From positions 1,263 to 65,262 of the IMG/VR virus record IMGVR_UViG_3300028045_000013: DNA of 64,000 nt; one strand, given 5' to 3'. The DNA is from a virus (taxonomy: Duplodnaviria; Caudoviricetes). The position numbers and the translations under genes are program-made. Shown here piece after piece: positions 56,507-64,000 of the stretch. How positions within the stretch are numbered: the stretch's first letter is position 1; the number at the start of each line of letters is the position of its first letter. The notes below the pieces were generated by a model. That model was not told the DNA's origin. It searched no databases and saw nothing but the letters and a program-made list of their open reading frames with translations.

Positions 56507-58203
56507 TATTTATATTTCCTTTCAGCTATCATCGTTTCTAATTTATATGTCAACTCTCTCTGAACAGAAGCTCCAGCATCTGCTACATCCATTCCATCTA
56601 CTATCTGTGAAATCATAACTCTCTTCTCATTTAGAATCTCTAATAAACCTTCCTCATAAGTTCCTGTACATATTAGATTCCAGATAGTAACATGGTTGTT
56701 CTGTCCCTTCCTATGGGCTCTATCTTCTGCTTGTTCCATTGTTTTAGGGTTGTAAAGCATTTCACACATACAAACATCATTAGCAGCTGTTAGCGTCAAT
56801 CCTTCACTACATGCTGTTAAACTACCTATGAACACTCTAACACTATCATCATTCTGGAATCTATACTCAGCATCCCTTCTATCTTCTGTTTTTACAGAAC
56901 CATCTATCTTAACAGCCTTCGCGCCATAATGACTCTCTAACATATTAATAAGGAACTTATGATGTGCAAATAGGATTAACTTTCTACCAGTATCTTCTAG
57001 GAACTTATCAGCCCATTCTAAAAGAGCAGGGATTTTATCATGAGCTATGCATTCTCTAAGTTTGGCTCTATAGGACATAGCACTACTATTGAAGTCTTCC
57101 TCTTGTGCCCACTGTTCTAAAATAGCATCGTACCTAGTAGTGTCTATTTCCAACTCTACTTGGATCTGTCTTTTAGGAGGTAGATCTTTCATTACGTCAG
57201 ATTTTAAACGTCTAAACATTACAGAATTATAGAGAATGTCATTAAGTTCATGAGGGTTGAAAGCGGTTCTACATTGCATTCCTTGCCCACCACAGTACTT
57301 ATAATTATAGTGTGTATAATCCCACATCTTAGGACGTATAAGATTACATATAGTAAATAACTCCATAGGACTATTCGCTGCTGGTGTTCCTGTCATACCT
57401 ATAACAAACTTAGCTTTATATGCTACTGTCTTTACATGCTGAGTGCGTTGTGCCTCTTTATTCTTTATCTTATGGATCTCATCACAAATAACCATATCAG
57501 GATTCCATTTTAGAAATGGTTTTATCCACTTCCCAACCATTGCATAATTTATAACTACTAATCTACAAGGTCCAAAACCATTAGATAGATCATACTCATC
57601 TGGCCTACCATCTATAATCAATCTTTTACTTTCTGGAACAACACCCCACTTGGCACATTCTGCATCCCATACATGTTTAATTGTTTTAGGGGCTATAACT
57701 AGAATACGTTTTATAGAAGGATACATTTTAATGAATGTAAGTACTTCTATGGTTTTTCCTAAACCCATATCGTCTCCTACAATCACCCTTCCATTATGTT
57801 CTATTATCTTCTTTACACCTTCCTTCTGAAAATCCATTAACACCTTATCTAGATGCTTAGGAATAGGTTTAGGTTTTAGAGTCACTTCATATTTGGACTT
57901 CTCACCTATCCTGTTTTTACCTTCTTTGATTTTAGCTTGGAGTTTTTCTTTCTTCTTATCAAAGGAGTTTGTTATCTCTATTGTATAACCACTAAGTTTA
58001 GCTACTCCTGTAGTAGTTGTATGCAGTTTAATAGCATTTATAATAGAAGGAGTGATGTAGTAAATATCTCTATTTGGATTATAGTGGAATTGTGTAGGTC
58101 CCATGAATGTAATGTTCTTATGAATCATAGGAGAATGAGGAGAACAGCGAACCATAAATCTTTTTTCTTTTACACTATATCCTAGTTTAAATACCTTCTT
58201 CAT
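56506..58203 (-). CDS. SNF2-family (HARP/SMARCAL1-like) helicase
   Basis: DDMGLGKT, DEIH, TGTP, RRLK.DV..DLP.K, GLTLT.A, EQAEDRAHR.GQ. Confidence 0.93.
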   Translation of the reverse strand: MKKVFKLGYSVKEKRFMVRCSPHSPMIHKNITFMGPTQFHYNPNRDIYYITPSIINAIKLHTTTTGVAKLSGYTIEITNSFDKKKEKLQAKIKEGKNRIGEKSKYEVTLKPKPIPKHLDKVLMDFQKEGVKKIIEHNGRVIVGDDMGLGKTIEVLTFIKMYPSIKRILVIAPKTIKHVWDAECAKWGVVPESKRLIIDGRPDEYDLSNGFGPCRLVVINYAMVGKWIKPFLKWNPDMVICDEIHKIKNKEAQRTQHVKTVAYKAKFVIGMTGTPAANSPMELFTICNLIRPKMWDYTHYNYKYCGGQGMQCRTAFNPHELNDILYNSVMFRRLKSDVMKDLPPKRQIQVELEIDTTRYDAILEQWAQEEDFNSSAMSYRAKLRECIAHDKIPALLEWADKFLEDTGRKLILFAHHKFLINMLESHYGAKAVKIDGSVKTEDRRDAEYRFQNDDSVRVFIGSLTACSEGLTLTAANDVCMCEMLYNPKTMEQAEDRAHRKGQNNHVTIWNLICTGTYEEGLLEILNEKRVMISQIVDGMDVADAGASVQRELTYKLETMIAERKYK

Positions 58204-58762
58204 TATAATCCTCTACTCTCTCTTCTAGATAATCCAGTAAGGTTTCTGTTTCTACAATATGTTTTTGTATATGAAGTTTTAAAGCTTCTACATATTTCTG
58301 TATAGTGTATTGGTGTATAAGGGTAAACACGTCTGGTAGTTCTAGGAACTCACTTAAGGTTGCTTGGTATCTATTATTTAGAACTTCTTGTTGTGTTGTT
58401 GTAGTAGCATAGCCTTGTATATACCAAGGTGTGTATGTTCCTACTGGACACCTTTCATTAGTAACTGGATCATAGTACAAAGCTCTTCTTTTCACAGCTA
58501 CAGTATCTACTTTCATCTTCTGCCCTCTAATAACTATTACAGGTGATCCAATAGAATTCATGCATAACGCATTACTACATTTATGAACTAATACAGCGTT
58601 TATATTACTAGCCAGAGATTCTACTATATTTGTATACTCATAACGTTTAACAAACTGTATAGCTTTTACTTCCTTTTCTATATTGAAGGATAATAACTCA
58701 ACATCCCAATTGACCTTTTCATCCTCTGGTTTAGTTTCTGTATCAAATAACGTTACTATCAT
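58187..58762 (-). CDS. Hypothetical protein
   Basis: Overlapping operon ORF with RBS. Confidence 0.7.
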   Translation of the reverse strand: MIVTLFDTETKPEDEKVNWDVELLSFNIEKEVKAIQFVKRYEYTNIVESLASNINAVLVHKCSNALCMNSIGSPVIVIRGQKMKVDTVAVKRRALYYDPVTNERCPVGTYTPWYIQGYATTTTQQEVLNNRYQATLSEFLELPDVFTLIHQYTIQKYVEALKLHIQKHIVETETLLDYLEERVEDYNEEGI

Positions 58763-59630
58763 AATCTACTCCTAACATTTTATATACTTTTATAGTATCT
58801 ACTTTCTCTAATCTAATAATAGCTGTTCTTTCCTTTCCTTGGTAATGCCCATCTATCCGCAATAATCCATTGAAGGCATACGTGCTGTTATGCTCTTCAG
58901 CTGGTGAACCTTCACTGTAAGTCAAAGTATACTCTTCAAAGCCACTCAGTGCCCCTTTAAGCAGCTTGTCGTTAATGATACACGTATACAACATATCAAC
59001 CGTATCGATAGTAATAACACGCAACCAATTATTAGTATCTGTATCTATATACTTAAAGGACTGAGTTCTATCTTTAAAGTCTAGTTCTCCAGTCTGCACT
59101 AAGAATCCAGTTTGTGCATCTTTACCAGAAGGAAAACCGATTAGGAAATTAGGAGGCATACAGTAAGTATCTTCAAATTCCTTCTTGTTTAGGAACTGAT
59201 TAGTAACACAATGTTTATATCCTTCTGGTTTCTCTGTTTTCCATTCTATATGGATCTTGTCTTTATTCCTTCCTATACATACTTTCTGTTTAGGTACTAA
59301 TTCTTTTTCCCATTGTGAAATAGGAACTGCAAGATCATCCAAAGCTATCGTCTGCATGAATTGCATAAAGTTGTCTGTAGTTTTAGAACAAGCATTACTA
59401 ATCCAATCTTCTGTATTGCTCATTCCTTTAGCTACTAATTTAGGAGCATGATACCTTTCCATCTTGCCTAGTAGTTCTACAAGTTCTAGAAGATCTTCTG
59501 GATATTTCTCAGATCTAGATACTAGGGTTTTTAGTTTGTATCTCATCTTATGTAGTACTTCAGTTCCTAAATCACTACCTGAATTTATACCTGTTAAATG
59601 ATGTCGATTAAATGCTAGTTCATGTTTCAT
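58743..59630 (-). CDS. Hypothetical protein, possibly a degenerate beta-clamp-like fold
   Basis: W.S.A.SK..., IN.KLL..AL, RTAII at the C-terminus. Confidence 0.4.
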   Translation of the reverse strand: MKHELAFNRHHLTGINSGSDLGTEVLHKMRYKLKTLVSRSEKYPEDLLELVELLGKMERYHAPKLVAKGMSNTEDWISNACSKTTDNFMQFMQTIALDDLAVPISQWEKELVPKQKVCIGRNKDKIHIEWKTEKPEGYKHCVTNQFLNKKEFEDTYCMPPNFLIGFPSGKDAQTGFLVQTGELDFKDRTQSFKYIDTDTNNWLRVITIDTVDMLYTCIINDKLLKGALSGFEEYTLTYSEGSPAEEHNSTYAFNGLLRIDGHYQGKERTAIIRLEKVDTIKVYKMLGVDYDSNVI

Positions 59631-59947
59631 GATGCATACACCTCTACTAAGTTAATTAACAGGTTTCTATCTGTAGTTGTGCGTTTATCAGTTCCTATAT
59701 TTACTAAGTACCAGAACATCCTTCCTTGTGGGGACTCACTCCATAGAAAACTTTGAGGTAGTATACAATCAGAAAGGACTTCGTCTGGTGTATAGTAGTC
59801 GTGATCATTTATAGTCCCATTAAGAGACTGGATGTATTTAAAAGCCATAAGAACAATAAGAGTCTGTGTTTTAATATCTAGATCTGCTGTCTTTTTCTTT
59901 AGGTCTCTATATAGTTTTGTGTCTATCAATTTAGGTTCATTTGTCAT
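59627..59947 (-). CDS. Hypothetical protein
   Basis: F.W.ESPQG..FW motif; RBS. Confidence 0.7.
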   Translation of the reverse strand: MTNEPKLIDTKLYRDLKKKTADLDIKTQTLIVLMAFKYIQSLNGTINDHDYYTPDEVLSDCILPQSFLWSESPQGRMFWYLVNIGTDKRTTTDRNLLINLVEVYAS

Positions 59948-59976
59948 TTCATTAGTTCCTTTTTTACTAATATAAA

Positions 59977-60342
59977 CTATAGTGCTTTTGCTATATCCTT
60001 TTGAATTGAAGTCAACATAGAAAGTAAAAGATCCCAGTCACCATCGGGAGTATCTATGGTTTCTATAACTTCTTCTATACTCTCTTTAATATCTAGTAAT
60101 GTTTTTTTAAGAGGCTCCTCTCTATTATTATTATTATTATTGGAAGCTTCCTCTATAGCATTAAGTAGCTTCCCTTTTTCTTTATTGGTTTTCTCTATTA
60201 TAGTACCTTTCTCATGTATGAGTCTAGTATTCTCTTTATCTAACTGGTCTACTACTTTCTGTAATCTATCCACCTCTGTTCTATTAGTTAATAAAAGCTC
60301 TGCTTGTAGTTCTATTAATTGTGTTAATTTAGTATCTGTCAT
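59977..60342 (-). CDS. Coiled-coil hypothetical protein
   Basis: RBS AAGGA; heptads. Confidence 0.7.
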   Translation of the reverse strand: MTDTKLTQLIELQAELLLTNRTEVDRLQKVVDQLDKENTRLIHEKGTIIEKTNKEKGKLLNAIEEASNNNNNNREEPLKKTLLDIKESIEEVIETIDTPDGDWDLLLSMLTSIQKDIAKAL

Positions 60343-60343
60343 T

Positions 60344-60626
60344 TTAATAATTCCTTTCTATTGTAGGTAATATACTTCTCAAAGCTGTATAAATATGATC
60401 ATCATTCATTCCACTATCATACATGGCTTTAACTAGTTCCCTAGGAACTTTAGAAGCGTAGTAAATATCAAAGCAGAATCTTTTCTGTAGATCCTTTACA
60501 TGACCAGCTCTAGAGAATAATCCTTTCTGATATAAGTTTATTAATAACTCTCTTCTACCTTTAGGTGCTAGATAAGTATCGATATGTTTCTTTAACTCTT
60601 CTAGATGTTCCTGTTTGATTTTCATA
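60344..60626 (-). CDS. Phage early hypothetical protein
   Basis: MKIK.EH..L...RF.FD...Y..G.NDDHI.TALR; AGGAG RBS. Confidence 0.7.
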
Positions 60627-60635
60627 GTATAACTC

Positions 60636-61010
60636 CTAATTATGATTAGAATAGAAAAAGATAGATTGCAGAACAGTATCATCTGATAAACATACTGCTT
60701 TAAAATCTGTTTGATCCTCTCTTAAGGCATTAGACATATCTATAGTGTCTACAGTATAGACTAACCCCTCTTCTGTTTCCTCTATATTATCTAAAAGATG
60801 ATCTGCTATACAGTATCTATTAGTAACAAACATTAACCAGTCAGCTTCCCCTTTAGTAAGTAGATACTTCTCACCATCTTCTAATTGGTAATGATCGTTT
60901 TCCATATCACCATCTTGCGCTCTTAAAGATTCTGTAGTATGTATATGCATTTTCCTCTCCATTCTATCACTTGCTTGTTGCATGACCTGTGATGTATAAA
61001 TCCTGTTCAC
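60636..61010 (-). CDS. Hypothetical protein
   Basis: Early-region ORF; start uncertain. Confidence 0.65.
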   Translation of the reverse strand: MNRIYTSQVMQQASDRMERKMHIHTTESLRAQDGDMENDHYQLEDGEKYLLTKGEADWLMFVTNRYCIADHLLDNIEETEEGLVYTVDTIDMSNALREDQTDFKAVCLSDDTVLQSIFFYSNHN

Positions 61011-61025
61011 CTTACTATAATCCCC

Positions 61026-61499
61026 TTACTTTTTTAATACTATATGGTTGCGATCATTTTTAGTATCTGTACAAGTCTGGAAAGTAAAACCGCCTATGTT
61101 TTCTATTTTTTTATTATAAATTTCTATTCTTACTCCCGTTTGATCTTGTCCTTTTTCTATCATCTTAGTACTTGTATTTCCTTTGTACCATTCTAATCTT
61201 ATAGAATAGCCTTCTCTGAGGATATTGCCTAGTAACTTAATAGGATTAGAGAGTACAAAGGAATAGTTAGTTTCTATTGCAAAGCCACCTACATCCTTTA
61301 TAGTAACTCCTTCCTTTCCATAATCTGTTAAGTAGCCTTCTGTTTCTATTATATGTCTTTTTTCTTGTAGGTATGGATCTTTTTGTATTTGTGTGTAGGA
61401 AGGTGACCATATAGTTTCTATTATAGATTTTCCTTCTGCTAATCTAAGTACTAAAACAGTGCATCTTTTGATTGCATTAATATCTATTTTAGTTATCAT
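61026..61499 (-). CDS. Hypothetical protein
   Basis: Start moved to MITKID after AAAGGAGATAGTATA. Confidence 0.7.
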   Translation of the reverse strand: MITKIDINAIKRCTVLVLRLAEGKSIIETIWSPSYTQIQKDPYLQEKRHIIETEGYLTDYGKEGVTIKDVGGFAIETNYSFVLSNPIKLLGNILREGYSIRLEWYKGNTSTKMIEKGQDQTGVRIEIYNKKIENIGGFTFQTCTDTKNDRNHIVLKK

Positions 61500-61716
61500 T
61501 ATACTATCTCCTTTACAATTCAAAATTCATGTTACTATCTTCAGTATGATATGTTATGACACTTATATCTTTTGTGTTGATATCTATATCACCTCCACGA
61601 AGTATAGTAGAAGCATCTAGTAACCAACGTCTGTCTTTTCCTTCTCCTATCCAAACCGTTACACCATCTTCATTAGTTTCTATTTCTAAGTTAGTAGCCA
61701 TTATACTATCTCCTTT
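61497..61716. repeat. 18-bp identical RBS+start repeat flanking gene 61513..61701
   Basis: CATTATACTATCTCCTTT at 61497-61514 and 61699-61716. Confidence 0.85.
61513..61701 (-). CDS. Small hypothetical protein
   Basis: AAGGAG RBS, TAATG coupling. Confidence 0.7.
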   Translation of the reverse strand: MATNLEIETNEDGVTVWIGEGKDRRWLLDASTILRGGDIDINTKDISVITYHTEDSNMNFEL

Positions 61717-62093
61717 CCATCTGTATAGGCACTAAAGATAATATCTAGTACCTGTTCTACAGTCTCTTCATCTTCTAGTTTCTCTACCTTAACTACCTGC
61801 TTACATAACAGCTCACTATATAACAAAGGATTAGCTTGCTTTATAATATGATTAGGTTCTGGAAACTTCCTTTTCTGCACATCACTCCAACCTTTATCAT
61901 CTACAACCCCATGCACGTAGTAATTACAGGTGGATAATACAGACATTCTGTTTTTAGTAATTACTCCGAACGTTCCCAATAGTATTACAGAATCTTCATC
62001 AGCAGAAACTATAACAAACTCACCTGTTTTAGAGTTTAGGGTTTTTATAACATCTCCGGGGTTTAACTTTCTGGTACAATAGAACTTATTCAT
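61701..62093 (-). CDS. Hypothetical protein, first gene of the early operon
   Basis: AAGGA RBS downstream of a promoter. Confidence 0.7.
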   Translation of the reverse strand: MNKFYCTRKLNPGDVIKTLNSKTGEFVIVSADEDSVILLGTFGVITKNRMSVLSTCNYYVHGVVDDKGWSDVQKRKFPEPNHIIKQANPLLYSELLCKQVVKVEKLEDEETVEQVLDIIFSAYTDGKEIV

Positions 62094-62148
62094 TTTATCT
62101 TTCCTTTATTTTCGTGACTTCTTGTTCCTACTATTTAAAAATCACGCA

Positions 62149-62177
62149 AACATAATATATGAGTGTGTATAAGTCAA
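62149..62177 (-). promoter_or_regulatory. Sigma70-like early promoter
   Basis: TTGACT-17 bp-TATGTT with an A-rich upstream element. Confidence 0.5.
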
Positions 62178-62222
62178 CCATTATTTTTACATGCACGCTA
62201 CAAGCCACGCTATATGGTCTTA

Positions 62223-63170
62223 TTAGTGCAAAAGTTTCATACGTTGAAAGACTGACCTTGTTACACGCTTGGACGCAATAAAACCATATGTGGGAGGTAA
62301 AAATAATATGTGTTTAGGATTGTTCCAATATTCAGAGAGATAATTTATATGGTAGTTACTACTAATACCTACAGGAAAGAACCCATTAAGTATTAACTCT
62401 CTAAATGTATAAGCTTCTGAACCTCTCTGTATATGACCATGTGTTATAGAACGTAGAACATACTTGGTATTATTATCCTTAGCATCTTTGAATATTCTAT
62501 GTACTATGAAATGGCCATGTAACCCATCTTGTTTATTGCCTACTACGTTTAATACATCTAACTCTCTAAATCTATGTTTAGTATGTAACCAATAGTCTTT
62601 ATAGAATCTAGGAGATAACTGGAGGTATAGTACTTTGTAGTTAAATTCTGTAGGATCATAATATGGATACTCCACATAACCATATGCAGGAAGTACTTTT
62701 CTTACTAATTTCATGAACTGTTTACAGTCTTTATAACGAGCTGCTTGTTGTAATGCTCTATGTCTTCTAGCTTGTAGTCCTGCTCTAGACATTATAAGAT
62801 CCTTTCGTAAAGTATTAATTGTATTATCAGCATAACAGTTACTAACATAGGATACCCATATACATTTATATCCATGCTTATATACAGCACTGGTTCTAAA
62901 CCCATTATAGTACTTAACACCCCTATGTTTTCCTTCCATGTTCTGTTCTCTTCTGAATACATCTCTTTTATGTTTGGCAAAATATCTATAATGGCCATCG
63001 CTTTCAGTTTTAAGTATCCTATTGATATCTATTGAAGCATTAAAACTACCAATTCTATTGTATAGTATCATAATTTCTAGTCCTATTGTTTTAGTTTCTA
63101 TTTTCGTAGTAAAAGCGGCATTCCTACACGAGAAATTCTTTGTAAGTGGTATATGATTCGAGCGAAACAT
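62223..63170 (-). CDS. Basic His/Tyr-rich hypothetical protein (start uncertain, possibly near 63071)
   Basis: Long ORF containing LHGHFIV. Confidence 0.55.
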   Translation of the reverse strand: MFRSNHIPLTKNFSCRNAAFTTKIETKTIGLEIMILYNRIGSFNASIDINRILKTESDGHYRYFAKHKRDVFRREQNMEGKHRGVKYYNGFRTSAVYKHGYKCIWVSYVSNCYADNTINTLRKDLIMSRAGLQARRHRALQQAARYKDCKQFMKLVRKVLPAYGYVEYPYYDPTEFNYKVLYLQLSPRFYKDYWLHTKHRFRELDVLNVVGNKQDGLHGHFIVHRIFKDAKDNNTKYVLRSITHGHIQRGSEAYTFRELILNGFFPVGISSNYHINYLSEYWNNPKHILFLPPTYGFIASKRVTRSVFQRMKLLH

Positions 63171-63215
63171 ATACTGCTATCATTACTCCAACCCCCCAAA
63201 CTATCCGGTTATTCC

Positions 63216-63244
63216 TTGACAATGTAGGAAATAATTACTATAAG
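63216..63244 (+). promoter_or_regulatory. Sigma70-like promoter facing the non-coding repeat region
   Basis: TTGACA-17 bp-TATAAG followed by the hairpin TCCCG/CGGGA. Confidence 0.4.
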
Positions 63245-63753
63245 GGGGAGATCCCGACTTGAGCGGGAGAGGGGGATAAAGAGATAAGTATATTAGTACT
63301 ATAACTAAATAACTAAGTAGATAGTAGACTAAGGGTTGTTGGTTCTTTGGATCAACTTGTCAATTAGCATATATTAAAGACTTTTAAAGATAGGCTGTAG
63401 AAACCTATATAATTGTATATGTATGGTTTTAAATGAGTGTGAATAAAGATATATAGAAAACCTCCTTTTTATATTTTGGGAAAATACCCATACTTCTCAT
63501 GCGCATGAGGTCCATAGGGTAGAAATTAGAGAAATGTCAAAAAGTAGGAAGTAGAAGACTTTATAAGAATTATAGAAAATTAAGAGTTTATAGAAATTAT
63601 AATCTTTGTAAGAAAATAAATATCTATTTTTATATAAACTAGAAACCATTATAGAAAATAGGTATATAGAAACTATAGAATATATAGATATTATAGAAGA
63701 TTAAATCTTACAAAGAAATCATACAGAATCTAAAAAATGGATTTTGAATTTTT

Positions 63754-63888
63754 CCTACTCAAAAAAATCCTGTAGTCGTTTTGAAATTGGGTTTTGAAAA
63801 TTTATGTACTCAAAAAAATTTGGACGGGAAATTTACCTACTCAAAAAAAATCTGTAGCGACTTTTTCCTACTCAAAAAAAAATCTGTA
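63754..63888. repeat. Four iteron-like repeats (CC)TACTCA7-9T(C)TG
   Basis: TACTC starts at 63756, 63807, 63838 and 63869; preceded by an AT-rich TATAGAA-rich tract. Confidence 0.85.
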
Positions 63889-64000
63889 TCAATCCACACA
63901 AATTTATCCAAACTGCCAGAAAGCCTCAACATAGCCTATTTAAGCCTTATCCATACTCAAACGATACATTACCCATCTATGCATGACTTATTGCCTTTAA

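Noticed and set aside
71-60370. Opposite-strand track ORFs (e.g. 71..376, 2714..3094, 13765..14232, 36318..36701, 40913..41359, 46888..47127)
   Set aside because: They are antisense shadows of well-supported genes, without RBSs or motifs.
63245-63280. tRNA gene at the G-rich hairpin
   Set aside because: Only one short stem; no cloverleaf, T-loop GTTC or acceptor stem.
63754-63888. CRISPR-like repeat-spacer array
   Set aside because: Repeats are low-complexity A-tracts with short, unequal gaps, better explained as iterons.
1-64000. Stop-codon reassignment suggested by abundant TAG/CTAG
   Set aside because: Conserved genes are full length under code 11, and TAG, TGA and TAA all end genes at expected positions.
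63977-64000. Window ends joining into a complete circular genome
   Set aside because: The ORF at 1..303 would extend seven codons to a stop if joined, but this is expected by chance and there is no terminal overlap.

Overview
AT-rich dsDNA tailed phage (myovirus) covering most or all of its genome, with no integrase, repressor, tRNA or CRISPR array visible. The plus strand (2.8-28.4 kb) holds the virion operon: TerS/TerL, HK97-type portal, protease and capsid, Mu/SfV-type contractile tail and baseplate, a tail chaperone with a P2-type -1 frameshift, several fibre or adhesin genes, a holin-like gene and a permuted NlpC/P60 enzyme. The minus strand (28.5-63.2 kb and 1-1.2 kb) holds early and replication genes: dUTPase, RuvC-like resolvase, 5'-3' exonuclease, ThyX interrupted by an HNH-carrying intein, RecA/UvsX, SSB, UvsY-like protein, DnaB-like helicase, a degenerate DnaC-like loader, initiator-like protein, primase and SNF2 helicase. 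The most unusual system is the replisome: a family A polymerase naturally split into a UDG-like+3'-5' exonuclease subunit and a polymerase subunit, next to a PCNA-like clamp and a single DnaX-like clamp loader. Non-coding signals include hairpins with anti-Shine-Dalgarno loops (candidate sRNAs), helically phased repeat arrays, a shared late-promoter motif and apparent CCWGG avoidance. All protein calls come from motifs recognised by eye; no database searches were run.
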